Of a DNA stretch of 64,000 nt, positions 28,136 to 37,796 are shown piece after piece. A program made the translations under genes and the position numbers. This DNA is from a virus. Where the stretch lies: UHGV virus genome UHGV-0294963. One strand, given 5' to 3'. The notes under the pieces were generated by a model. It was not told the DNA's origin. It did no database searches and saw only the letters and a program-made list of their open reading frames with translations. Numbering within the stretch: position 1 is the stretch's first letter; each line of letters starts with the position of its first letter.

Positions 28136-28145
28136 TATCACGGTA

Positions 28146-30803
28146 TTAGTCGTATGTCTCCTGGAAACCTGTAGGAGGAAGCAGGAACAAGTCGACATCG
28201 ACTGTGTCAATAACACCAGTAACAGCAAGCTCAACCCTACCAATAACGGTGTTAGCATTGATGCGGTCAAGGTTAATGATATCGGGGTTCATGATAATAC
28301 GATAGCCCCATGGATTGTACTCATTACCTGTAAGAGCACCGACAGCTCTCATTTCATCAAGCAGAGGACTGAGTCCTGCATAGAAGTGTGAATATGCGTC
28401 TTCATTGTTGTATCTAAACAGAATCTGAAGTGCTGTGTCCCAGATACGCTGCTTAACTCTGTTGGTAAGGAATCTGGTAGACAGATTCTGAAGTGCGTTG
28501 TAGGAACCAAGCGGCTTATCCCAGAGTGTGCTATTACCAAAGCAAGTGAATCCCTTACCAGGAACCTCCATCAATGGATTTAAGCACACACCTTCGTCAT
28601 GGTCTTGAATGAGGTCAAGATAATGCCTCTTGATTTTATATTCAGGTGTATGAACGACACCAGTACCGAGCATGCCCGCAGGTACCATCCACCACTTATT
28701 CTGCCCACCAACTCCCTTAGCATTGATGATAAGAAGTAGGTGTGCGATTTCAGGTGCAATCCAGGAATTAGCACCTGAAAGTGCTAGTGTAGTCTTACAC
28801 CAAGGACCTACGACTTCACCAAATGTCGAGTAGGTAGGACCTACGGCCTGGGAGACAGAATCCTTATACTTAAGAGCACCTGTCTTGACTGCAGAAGACC
28901 CTGTGCCTGTCTGAATACCTCTAGGCATGCCGAAAGGTGTGCCAATGAGTGCAGCTCCGCACTTAGAATTAGCGGCAACTTCAATCATCTTGGTTACAAG
29001 CGTTGATACCTCATACTCCATGTAGAACGGATTAGCAGATGTATCACCATTTGCTTCAAGGAAGGACTGCGGTACATATTGGTCATCTGCGATACCCTGA
29101 ACAAGGGCATCCCAATCATAGACGATAGGGTCTGTAAGTTCATCGACTGTCTTATAGAAACGGCTATACATTATCTGCTGATTATATAGACGAACTAGAG
29201 CGTCAGGTTCATCAGTTGCGTATTTGGTTGCAATTCGATTAATATAATCGTAGAACTGACTATCAGTCGGAAAACGTTCTGCGACGATTGCTTTAACATC
29301 GTCGACTGTAATCTCTTCACCGTCAGGTAATGTAGTTGCGTAGTCGGTACCATATATGAGTGAGGTAACCTGAACTCCGGTCGGATACTCTGAAGGAGAA
29401 ATATTAGCTCCAGAACTGTAGACAATGAATGAAGGAGAGTCTAGGTTACTGAACGTAGCTTCTGTGATTAAAGGTCGATTGTCAGTAGCTGCGTCCTCAT
29501 CAAATGCTACAGAAACGATTTCTAGAAGCTGGTCGGTAGGAACAATCTCATTCGGGTTATTGTTATAACCGTTGTTGTCGAACACCTCGACTGTACCGAT
29601 TTTGAAACCATCACTATTTAGGCCGCACTTAATGCGAACCTTCAGGTTGTTGCCGAACGAACCAGGGAATTTGGCTTGGAATCGAATGAGCTGAGTAGTT
29701 GATGGGATACTGGCAGCAACACCTTCCGCGTAGAGTATGTCATGATTGCCAGAAGGTCGGTCTGTCCATGCGGAACCTAGTCGAACAGTGAACAATCCCA
29801 AATCAGAGTCATCTGAAGTGCTAGAGTAGATGTTCGATATACTGTTGTCAGATACAGCCTTGAGGCTCAGAAGTGCAGGTATGCTTTCAAGTTGAATGTA
29901 CGTGAAGTCAGGTGCAAGAACGCTGTCGACAGTAATTGTACCATTCATTGCAGCAACACTAGGAACGTAAGTCGAGGTCTCTGTAATTGTGATATTACGT
30001 CTTTCAAGTACCGTACCGTCGGATGCGAATACAGATACCTGAACTGTGCCAGAAACAGTAACCTTCTTACCACGCTCTGACTTGTTGCCGACGATGACCG
30101 TTGAGTTTGTTGGCTTAATCTGAGTAGTAAGAACTTCAGGCTTGCCGAACGCAACAATCAATGGCTTTTTCGTGTCGATTGCAGTTGCAGACTTAGCAGA
30201 AATCTTGAACTGGTTAGGAATAGAACCATGCACCGTCTTGTATCTATTGGTAACCGGGTCATAGACAGCCGAGAATACCTTGTATCTCAGAGTAGAATCT
30301 GGGTCAGGCATACCCCAATCCCACACGATTCTACCGCCGACAAGTGTGTCGCGAGGAATATAAAATCTATACGGGATATTCTTATATGAAGCTGCTGTAG
30401 GTGTAGTCACCATATCAGGATAAAGCATAAGCGTATCGGCTGCAGGAGTAGGCTCTGTACCTCCGATAGGAACCACATATAGACTGTTGTGGCTTTTCTC
30501 ACCCAGACCATCGACTCTCTTGACAAGAATATCATAGCCAGAAGCGAGAAGTTTGAGTGCGTAGTCGTACGATTTCTCGCGAGCACCAAGATACTTGTTC
30601 GCACCTCTGAAGGTCGATACAAAGTCTGTAGTGCCCCGGAAGCCTGCACTGAAATGTACCCAGTCCGGGTTGGCGTCCTCGTCACCCTCTACGAAGGTAG
30701 GACCCCAGATTGCAGCAATCGGGAAAGCAACCGTTGCGTAAGAATTATTCTTAGTCTGGAAGCTGTAAGTCTCCGAATGCTCATAGATGTTAATTCTTGG
30801 CAT
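28146..30803 (-). CDS. putative tail sheath protein
   Basis: 885-aa protein upstream of the tube candidate in the head-to-tail gene order; start reset to the ATG with aggagga RBS at 8 nt (the ORF track used an upstream TTG); assignment by position and size. Confidence 0.45.
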   Translation of the reverse strand: MPRINIYEHSETYSFQTKNNSYATVAFPIAAIWGPTFVEGDEDANPDWVHFSAGFRGTTDFVSTFRGANKYLGAREKSYDYALKLLASGYDILVKRVDGLGEKSHNSLYVVPIGGTEPTPAADTLMLYPDMVTTPTAASYKNIPYRFYIPRDTLVGGRIVWDWGMPDPDSTLRYKVFSAVYDPVTNRYKTVHGSIPNQFKISAKSATAIDTKKPLIVAFGKPEVLTTQIKPTNSTVIVGNKSERGKKVTVSGTVQVSVFASDGTVLERRNITITETSTYVPSVAAMNGTITVDSVLAPDFTYIQLESIPALLSLKAVSDNSISNIYSSTSDDSDLGLFTVRLGSAWTDRPSGNHDILYAEGVAASIPSTTQLIRFQAKFPGSFGNNLKVRIKCGLNSDGFKIGTVEVFDNNGYNNNPNEIVPTDQLLEIVSVAFDEDAATDNRPLITEATFSNLDSPSFIVYSSGANISPSEYPTGVQVTSLIYGTDYATTLPDGEEITVDDVKAIVAERFPTDSQFYDYINRIATKYATDEPDALVRLYNQQIMYSRFYKTVDELTDPIVYDWDALVQGIADDQYVPQSFLEANGDTSANPFYMEYEVSTLVTKMIEVAANSKCGAALIGTPFGMPRGIQTGTGSSAVKTGALKYKDSVSQAVGPTYSTFGEVVGPWCKTTLALSGANSWIAPEIAHLLLIINAKGVGGQNKWWMVPAGMLGTGVVHTPEYKIKRHYLDLIQDHDEGVCLNPLMEVPGKGFTCFGNSTLWDKPLGSYNALQNLSTRFLTNRVKQRIWDTALQILFRYNNEDAYSHFYAGLSPLLDEMRAVGALTGNEYNPWGYRIIMNPDIINLDRINANTVIGRVELAVTGVIDTVDVDLFLLPPTGFQETYD

Positions 30804-31407
30804 CTTCAATCTCCTCCTTTACGTTATTATATAACTCAGAATCTATGTACCAATCCAGATAACGTAGATTTTTTCTCCTGATGTCGATGATGTTAGCGCC
30901 TAACACACGAATCGGAATTATCTGTTGATATAGGATTCCGGATACCGAGAATTGGTCAACTCCAGAACTGCTCTGAAAGTCACCATTTATTAAAATTTGA
31001 CCGTGAATTGAGCGGTCAGAGCCATAAGGTAGATTTACCGTAAGCCTAGGTTTATTTAAGAACAAGAATGATATCTCGCTTGTCAGCTCGTCGATATCGT
31101 CTTGTGTATATGCAAGTAGAGTAACTGTATAATCCGCTTGTATCGGTACAGCCTGCTCATTTATTTTCTTGTGTTCTTGAACTCTGTCGACCCTGCCCTT
31201 ACGAGCTATCGGCCAGGACTGTAATTGCCTTTCAGGAGTCCAGTTAGTTCTGAAAAGCACAACAGCTGGTAGTTGAAGTCGATTTTCCTTGTGCATTGCG
31301 ATAACATTCCAGTAATCTTTTACTGGAACTATCGCAACCTCACCCTTGAAATTTTCTTTGAAATACTCGTAGAGTGCGGTATCATATAGGTGTATCATTA
31401 GCTTCAC
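30790..31407 (-). CDS. hypothetical structural protein (head-tail joining region)
   Basis: ORF with ggagtaggtga RBS, translationally coupled to neighbours. Confidence 0.45.
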   Translation of the reverse strand: MKLMIHLYDTALYEYFKENFKGEVAIVPVKDYWNVIAMHKENRLQLPAVVLFRTNWTPERQLQSWPIARKGRVDRVQEHKKINEQAVPIQADYTVTLLAYTQDDIDELTSEISFLFLNKPRLTVNLPYGSDRSIHGQILINGDFQSSSGVDQFSVSGILYQQIIPIRVLGANIIDIRRKNLRYLDWYIDSELYNNVKEEIEDAKN

Positions 31408-31729
31408 CTACTCCCGTATCTGAAGAGGATGTGCTAGACGTCTGAGTAGATGAAGAACTAATGCCTTCGTCGAAACCACCACCGGTGTCTATATCGATAT
31501 TGGTTCCGCCCTGGGCAGTAACCTCAGCACCGAAGTCTGCATCATCCAGCGAATCTTCCTCAATTCTGTAAAGGAGTCCCTCAGGAATATTGAACAGACC
31601 CCCGCATAATGGACACTGACACGCATAAGGCAGATTCTCAGAATCGACTTCGATAAGTGTCTTTGGTGTCGAATCGGGCATAGCTAATCCTGAGTCTTTC
31701 AGGTTATCAGGTAATTGCATTTTAATCAT
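31382..31729 (-). CDS. hypothetical protein with CxxC pair and acidic Ser/Thr-rich tail
   Basis: CQCPLCGG; SSSTQTSSTSSSDTG. Confidence 0.45.
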   Translation of the reverse strand: MIKMQLPDNLKDSGLAMPDSTPKTLIEVDSENLPYACQCPLCGGLFNIPEGLLYRIEEDSLDDADFGAEVTAQGGTNIDIDTGGGFDEGISSSSTQTSSTSSSDTGVGEANDTPI

Positions 31730-31737
31730 ATTCTCAC

Positions 31738-32229
31738 CTACTCTTTTAAGAACCGTCTGGGTTCAGAATTTTTCTTAGCGATGTCTCTTTCAGTCTGTTC
31801 GGTTAGGGGTCTATGATTACCCACAAGCGGAACTATCTGACATATGATATGGTCAGGACATACCAGTCCTGTAGTCAGCTGTGTTACTTGGAACAGCCTG
31901 GTTTCGATTGCGGTTACCTGACCGTCGATTTCGAAGAGACAACCTCGTTGGATATGAGGTACATCAAATGGGACATGAATAAGGAAGGGTAGATTGTCAG
32001 ATTTTTCGACAACCCACCCTAGATTCCTATATGTCGTTAGTTTGGGTTCTCCTTCGAAAATACCGAATACCGGTATACGTTCGGAATACCCATCAGGAGC
32101 AGGTTGATTGAAGAAATCGATATTGTTGTTGAGTGGGTATCTGTACTGAAACTCCACGCCTACCTCATATACAGTGTGCTTGAATTGTTCCCTCAGATAC
32201 CTGATTTCCTCAGGGACGATTAGACTCAT
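31738..32229 (-). CDS. hypothetical structural protein
   Basis: gggaggag RBS. Confidence 0.45.
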   Translation of the reverse strand: MSLIVPEEIRYLREQFKHTVYEVGVEFQYRYPLNNNIDFFNQPAPDGYSERIPVFGIFEGEPKLTTYRNLGWVVEKSDNLPFLIHVPFDVPHIQRGCLFEIDGQVTAIETRLFQVTQLTTGLVCPDHIICQIVPLVGNHRPLTEQTERDIAKKNSEPRRFLKE

Positions 32230-32252
32230 AGCTGCTCCTCCCTTACTGTAGA

Positions 32253-32576
32253 TTACTCTACTTCAGGCTCGCCGCCTTCAGCAGCGCCGTCCTCAGCCAG
32301 AGTTTCGGTGTTGAGGTCGACGTCAACGGTATACTCATCACCGGACTCAGGCACGCAGTTTAGAACGATACCTGTGTCAGAAGGTGCGAGAGACACGCCG
32401 ATTGTTGGGTCAGAAGAAAGCTCTGCAAGAACAGCCTGAATAACAACTTCCATGTCTTCAATGCTGTAATATACAGTACCCTCAACCTCCTTAGAAGAAT
32501 TAAGATTAGCACCCTTACCTTTCTTGGAACTATTCAGGTCGAGTCTAAGAATTCGTCTTTTAGCATTTCTAGCCAT
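32253..32576 (-). CDS. hypothetical head protein with two LNSS motifs
   Basis: start reset to the ATG with ggaggtta RBS; LDLNSSKKGKGANLNSSKEVEG. Confidence 0.45.
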   Translation of the reverse strand: MARNAKRRILRLDLNSSKKGKGANLNSSKEVEGTVYYSIEDMEVVIQAVLAELSSDPTIGVSLAPSDTGIVLNCVPESGDEYTVDVDLNTETLAEDGAAEGGEPEVE

Positions 32577-32601
32577 AATAGATAACCTCCTATCAGTTAT
32601 A

Positions 32602-33306
32602 TTACAACACGGTTTGCGGTGTGTTGTTCTGTACCAAATATTCACGCTCTGCTCTAAGCTCTTCTAATCCCTCTGCGAGAAGTTGTTCTCCGTCGAGCTG
32701 AACAGGGCTATTCGGTAACTTGACCTTGCGTCGTTTACTACCTACATATATCTTCATGTACGCTATAGCAAGTTTGCGTAGTTGACTTTGAGCGAAACTT
32801 GTCTTTAACTCTGAAGGGTCATCATATTCAGGAATGTATGTAATAGTAACATACACCGGTTTCGGAACGTTCGCTGCTACATATAGGTATTGATTCTGCT
32901 GGTCATAGTGATATTGTAAGTCTTCCGACACTGTGTTCTTAATCTGTTGAACAAGCATCAGTTGAACGTATCTGTCGAAATATGCGTGATAAGCACCTGA
33001 GTTCGGTACGGCTGCCATTCCCGCAAGCGACGTAAAGACATTACCGACACTGGTGTTGTCTACATTCAAGCCTGCAGGAACTTCAGCACGCCGAATTGAA
33101 ATGAAATCTTTAACTTTTAGGTTACCAACCCAAATTCGCTCTTTATAAGGTACGGTTAAATCGGCGTACTCATGAAGCTTCTCTTTCAGCTCTCTAAAAG
33201 CTTTCATGAGAATCTTCATGTCGTCGCCGTCATTAACCTCTTGAGCAGTCCAAGGCACTTCAAGGTGCATATCATCCAGATATTCTTGAATTGTGGGGTT
33301 CAGCAT
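32602..33306 (-). CDS. hypothetical structural protein
   Basis: aaggagggg RBS. Confidence 0.45.
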   Translation of the reverse strand: MLNPTIQEYLDDMHLEVPWTAQEVNDGDDMKILMKAFRELKEKLHEYADLTVPYKERIWVGNLKVKDFISIRRAEVPAGLNVDNTSVGNVFTSLAGMAAVPNSGAYHAYFDRYVQLMLVQQIKNTVSEDLQYHYDQQNQYLYVAANVPKPVYVTITYIPEYDDPSELKTSFAQSQLRKLAIAYMKIYVGSKRRKVKLPNSPVQLDGEQLLAEGLEELRAEREYLVQNNTPQTVL

Positions 33307-33330
33307 TTAACCACCCCTCCTTATCTGGAA

Positions 33331-33846
33331 TTAGCCTTCTCCGCCGTCTCCGCCGTCAGCGGCTGCAGAAGTAACTGTAAAGCCGAAGTCTTTGAGGGCT
33401 GCACCTGCCTGAACGTAGAAGGAAGCTTCTGCGTAGGTATCACACGCGAATGTGTTCGTAGTGCCGTCGAGCTCTGCAGTCATTTTGAAGGTCTGCCATG
33501 CTCTGTAGATAGAAATCTGAGGAATGAGGTATGCCTCAAGAATATTCATGAGGTCCATTGCCACAGACTGCGGCCATCTCTTCTGGGCAGAAGTGAGTAA
33601 GCTGAGGTTTGCGATTGCAGTAACAGCACCGTTTGAGTTGGTGAAGAGATTCTCCTTGTTGTACTCAGGTGCAGTTGCGCCGTCAGCTGCATAGATGTAA
33701 GGCTTAGAAGCACCAGGCCACTTACCAGGCATTGTGCTGGAAGAAAGACCAGGGATTGGTGCAACAGTCTTCACGTTTGGCTCCTGATTCTGCATATTGT
33801 AGATATCATTGGCAGCCGTATAGGTGATTGTAACATTGTAACTCAT
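33331..33846 (-). CDS. hypothetical head protein (minor capsid/decoration?)
   Basis: 171-aa ORF directly after the capsid candidate. Confidence 0.4.
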   Translation of the reverse strand: MSYNVTITYTAANDIYNMQNQEPNVKTVAPIPGLSSSTMPGKWPGASKPYIYAADGATAPEYNKENLFTNSNGAVTAIANLSLLTSAQKRWPQSVAMDLMNILEAYLIPQISIYRAWQTFKMTAELDGTTNTFACDTYAEASFYVQAGAALKDFGFTVTSAAADGGDGGEG

Positions 33847-33867
33847 AGCGTTAATCCTCCTTTAGAA

Positions 33868-35238
33868 TTAGTAAACCAGGTTGGTAACAACGCCACGGAT
33901 GAATGCCTTCGGGTTCACCATCTTCAGTGCGTTAGATGTTGCGAAGCCCTGCTGACCTGTGAATGTAGCATCCATAAGAGCAGCTGTAGCAGTAACCGGC
34001 ATATATGTACCGAATACATAAGAAGGCTCAACATCGTTAGCTGAGACGTGACCGAGGACGTACTGGTCGTGAGGAATACCACCACGGAAGCAGTAAACCT
34101 TCTTATCGCCGAGTTCGCCGGCATAGTAAGAACCAGTTGTCTTCTGAGTGTTAGCGGGTTTGAACATAGACATACCCTGGATAACAGTCATGACGCTGGA
34201 ACCAACGAGCATGAAGTTAGGACGAATACGACCTGTTGCGTCGTAGATTCTCTGAGAACCTGCGTTGATAGCTCTGATGAAGGAGTTATCATGTGCAAGG
34301 TCGCCTGCCTGTCCCTGGCCGATAGGAGGAGTAGCGCTCCAAACAACAGGTTGACCTGCTGCTGCCTTCTGCCACATATCGTGAGCAACCTTGGTGTTGA
34401 GCTCATTTACGATAGTAGACGTTGCCTGCTCCTCGAGCATCTTAGGACCATCGAGACCGTACTGCTGTTCCATATCGTAAGCAGCTGCCATGGACCAACG
34501 TGCTGCGAGAGTGTTGTCCTCTGCAACAAGGTCGAGCCATTCAAGAGTGCTGTAGATAGGGGGTGTGTTCGCAGAAGCGGAAATGTTATCAACTCTGTAA
34601 GAAGCAAGTGTAGTAGCAGCTGCTGTTACACCTGTGATAACACCGGTTGCATAGTCGATTGTACCTGCATCAACAACAGTCGAGCCATTGAGGTACTGAA
34701 TCTTACCCTCGCCGTCGTCGAAGTAGCTGTGACCAGCCTGCTCAACGATTCTAACCGTTGTAGGAACAACAGGAGCGCGGAGGAAGAGGTCAGTGAGTGG
34801 CTCGTTATTGACATCACTACCAGAGTAGTTCTCAGTGCCTCTTGCGAGCTCGAAGGGGCTTGCAGAAACCTGACCTGCCTTTACAACACCCTTATCTTCA
34901 CCGAAGTGGAAAAGAGTGTAGGGAATTGCAGTATGTCTGCTAGACATAGGCTGCATGGTGCAGAACTCAGGAATGAGCCAGTCGACAAGTGTTGCACGAA
35001 GCACGTTCATGTAGGTTGTCTTCTGGAGCACATCACCGGGCTGAGTAGCGCTCGGGATAATAGAAGTAGGAAGGAGACTCGAGTTGAGCGCTCTCTTCTG
35101 CAGGGCGTATGCGTTATTGAGAATCTTCTGAGCTTTAGAAAGCCCAATAGCGTCATACCCACGTAGTCCTTTTGCAGTACGGCTGGAATTCAGGCTCTGA
35201 ATTCCTGCCTTGCCTGCGTTTGTGTACGGCTTAAGCAT
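33868..35238 (-). CDS. putative major capsid protein (N-terminal propeptide with two LNSS motifs)
   Basis: 456-aa protein following portal and protease-position genes; Gly/Ala/Thr-rich; LNSS at residues about 16-19 and 52-55. Confidence 0.5.
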   Translation of the reverse strand: MLKPYTNAGKAGIQSLNSSRTAKGLRGYDAIGLSKAQKILNNAYALQKRALNSSLLPTSIIPSATQPGDVLQKTTYMNVLRATLVDWLIPEFCTMQPMSSRHTAIPYTLFHFGEDKGVVKAGQVSASPFELARGTENYSGSDVNNEPLTDLFLRAPVVPTTVRIVEQAGHSYFDDGEGKIQYLNGSTVVDAGTIDYATGVITGVTAAATTLASYRVDNISASANTPPIYSTLEWLDLVAEDNTLAARWSMAAAYDMEQQYGLDGPKMLEEQATSTIVNELNTKVAHDMWQKAAAGQPVVWSATPPIGQGQAGDLAHDNSFIRAINAGSQRIYDATGRIRPNFMLVGSSVMTVIQGMSMFKPANTQKTTGSYYAGELGDKKVYCFRGGIPHDQYVLGHVSANDVEPSYVFGTYMPVTATAALMDATFTGQQGFATSNALKMVNPKAFIRGVVTNLVY

Positions 35239-35252
35239 AAGTAATCTCTCCT

Positions 35253-35855
35253 TTAGCTAAAGTTTTTGAAGTGCGAATTGTATAACATCTCACACAAAGC
35301 ATTCTTACGCAACTCTGCCAGTTGACGGCTGGTATTCGTTAACCTGAGAGTGCCTTGTGGGAGGTTTCGCCTTGAGGCTGCGAGCTGAACTGGAACAGCA
35401 TATTTGAAAGCTGGTAGCGCTACAAAGTCAAACCCAAAGAAGTCAATTGGACCGGTTGTTCTACCAGGTACGGTACCTGTATCGGTACATCCATCAGCAC
35501 GAATGCTGACACCAGGCTTAATACCGTGCATATACAAGTCTTTGATATATCTGCCTTCTTCGGTTGAGTCCAGAAGCTCAATTTTGCCTTTCAGCTTGTT
35601 CCCTTCTCTGTAACAGTCGATTAGGAAACCAGCTTCAGTCTTGCGGAACCCCGGTGTGTTATCCGTAGGGTGCTCGATGTATGCAGGATAGACCCTGCGT
35701 GCGAGACAATCCTTGAAGGTTTCATTATTCAAGAGCCAATCGATTGTTGCTCCCGAAAAAGTCAAACCATCCTGATTGGGAATGTCAATGTCGAGAAAGT
35801 CACCACCTACGACAAACCTTCCGGTGCTTCTGTCTTGGGTCATTTCTGTAACCAT
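35253..35855 (-). CDS. putative prohead protease or scaffold/core protein
   Basis: only gene between portal and capsid; no clear catalytic motif seen. Confidence 0.3.
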   Translation of the reverse strand: MVTEMTQDRSTGRFVVGGDFLDIDIPNQDGLTFSGATIDWLLNNETFKDCLARRVYPAYIEHPTDNTPGFRKTEAGFLIDCYREGNKLKGKIELLDSTEEGRYIKDLYMHGIKPGVSIRADGCTDTGTVPGRTTGPIDFFGFDFVALPAFKYAVPVQLAASRRNLPQGTLRLTNTSRQLAELRKNALCEMLYNSHFKNFS

Positions 35856-35942
35856 CTGTAATCACCTCGCTTAAATAGACGTCAAATTGTTGTCTATTCA
35901 ATCTACATTATATGAACAATTGTCAGGATTGTCTGCTACTGA

Positions 35943-37529
35943 CTAGATAAAGGGATTTTCCTCAGTCTCAGCTTCACCTTCTGCCGGTTCGGCAATGTCA
36001 GTCTTGTTCAGCATGCTATAGATTGCAGGGTCGATAACATCAAGCTGCCCTTTGATAGACTTAATCTTAACCTGAGAGTCTGTAACACCGAGATTTTCAA
36101 GCAATGCGATGATATCGTTAGCTCTAGTAACAGCGTTAGACTGCAGTTCAGACTTTGTTTCGTCTTCAGGGCCTACCGGCGGTTGCATCTTAACCTCAAA
36201 CCTGTCTCTGTATTGTGGTAGGTCGTTCTTAATGAAGTATGTATTCAATGCTTCACGAATGCCCTCACTATACGCATGCTGCAAGCTGATGATTTTACGA
36301 TACAACCTGATGTTATTCTGCGTTAGGATTGTAGCACCTCCGGTACCTTCCTCGTCGGTAGACTGTCCTAGATTACCGGGTGATACATCAGTGATGGAAG
36401 TGATTTTCTGTTTGTACCAATCTAGGTCGACGATGTCTCGTATATTCACGTCGCCGCCGAGTGTTTCTAGATTGATAACACCTTTACCGTCACGAGTAAC
36501 CGTGTAGACAATTTTCTCCAACGGACCTGGGTCTGCGTAAGAAGAAGCTGAACCAGTATTCGTGTTCGCTGCCAGCTTATGCTCCATCTGTCTTTTGAGC
36601 TGGTCAAGAAGACGACGTTCCTCTTCGGGTGAGCAGTCACCAACCTCAAGCTGAAGAATTCGCAACAGAGCAGACTTGGTAACCCGATTAGCAACAATCG
36701 CGTCTTCAAGAAGTGACAGTATCTGTGCAGGTACATAAGCATCGATGAACAACGGGTCACCTTGATAGATGGTATAAGGTGTTATGCCGTCTGCATCTTC
36801 AACCTCGATTTCTGACGGATACAAAGACAGATTGTAGACAATATGGATTACGGAGTCACTTGATTGAACAGACCAAGGTTTGTTCTTGATTCTGCACCAT
36901 TTGTCATATGATGTCTCGCTGATGTTATCTTGAAGTGAGAAGTCTACACAGAACGCAGACGGCTCATCATCATGTCTAAGTTCATAGATAATCGCTGGGC
37001 TAATCGCGACGTCTGTACGAACGTCCCAATGCTGATTCGGATTTCTCTGATTTAGACTAAGAACACCTTGGCTGTCATCTTTTGCTCTAGGCGTTACGAA
37101 TTCGGTAGTTTTGAGGTAAAGGTTAGAATACGTAACCAACTCAATCATATGGCTATAGGCACGCCAATTCAACTTCCATGCCTTCATTCGCTCATTTGCT
37201 GCTTTCGCAGCCATTATCGAAACTTCATCATCGTTGATGGGTACAGCCCAGATTACATCGCCATCGGCGTTAGCACCTGTAGCATTCGTAGCATAGATTT
37301 CGATTGCTGGTCCTATGATTGCATCGGACTTCAATTGAGTCATGCAATTATACATCGTAGCTCTATCTTTCAGTGCAGTTGCAGATTGTTTAATCTGGTC
37401 CAGGTCAGTTAGTGCGCCAGTCAGCACACGATAGTCGATGTCATATAAGTCAGTTTTTCTTTTGACTTGGTTAGCAGGGACTGCGTTGTTATCTATAATC
37501 TGCTTTCTCCTTCGTTTAAAAAGCCCCAA
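35943..37529 (-). CDS. putative portal protein
   Basis: 528-aa protein immediately downstream of terminase large subunit; TTG start with aagggggt RBS. Confidence 0.5.
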   Translation of the reverse strand: MGLFKRRRKQIIDNNAVPANQVKRKTDLYDIDYRVLTGALTDLDQIKQSATALKDRATMYNCMTQLKSDAIIGPAIEIYATNATGANADGDVIWAVPINDDEVSIMAAKAANERMKAWKLNWRAYSHMIELVTYSNLYLKTTEFVTPRAKDDSQGVLSLNQRNPNQHWDVRTDVAISPAIIYELRHDDEPSAFCVDFSLQDNISETSYDKWCRIKNKPWSVQSSDSVIHIVYNLSLYPSEIEVEDADGITPYTIYQGDPLFIDAYVPAQILSLLEDAIVANRVTKSALLRILQLEVGDCSPEEERRLLDQLKRQMEHKLAANTNTGSASSYADPGPLEKIVYTVTRDGKGVINLETLGGDVNIRDIVDLDWYKQKITSITDVSPGNLGQSTDEEGTGGATILTQNNIRLYRKIISLQHAYSEGIREALNTYFIKNDLPQYRDRFEVKMQPPVGPEDETKSELQSNAVTRANDIIALLENLGVTDSQVKIKSIKGQLDVIDPAIYSMLNKTDIAEPAEGEAETEENPFI

Positions 37530-37697
37530 TGTCGTTTACCCCCTTACTGTAATAATGTAATACAACACCACATATCTGCTGTAGCTTGCTTATGTTTTGC
37601 GTGGTTTTGTTAACCATGTAATACAGTTATACACATTTACAGTCACACACGCATGCTGTAGCGTGCTATGTAGTTCGTATATCATATAATACACCGG

Positions 37698-37746
37698 TAA
37701 ATCAAGATAAAGAAGCACGTCGCAGCGAAATACTGTGACGTGCTTC
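37698..37746 (-). terminator. rho-independent terminator after the terminase gene
   Basis: stem gaagcacgtc / gacgtgcttc with a T-rich tail on the - strand (ttctttatcttgattt). Confidence 0.5.
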
Positions 37747-37753
37747 TGATTTT

Positions 37754-37777
37754 GCTTAAATGCAGTGATACTGCATT
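37754..37777. repeat. degenerate/truncated copy D of the IR cassette (gcttaaatgcag-tgata-ctgcatt)
   Basis: left arm intact, core deleted; downstream region 37620-37680 carries gttatacacatttacag and tagcgtgcta motifs. Confidence 0.5.
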
Positions 37778-37796
37778 ACTGTTTAGTTATTAAGAA

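Noticed and set aside
28079-28270. 63-aa - strand ORF overlapping the sheath stop and the 15-bp inverted repeat
   Set aside because: It lies across the perfect hairpin and the 3' end of the sheath gene in another frame, with no RBS. Spurious.
34048-35166. 372-aa + strand ORF antisense to the capsid gene (Cys/Ser/Arg-rich)
   Set aside because: It lies entirely inside the - strand capsid gene, has odd composition (many Cys, Arg, Ser), and has no RBS. Typical antisense shadow ORF.
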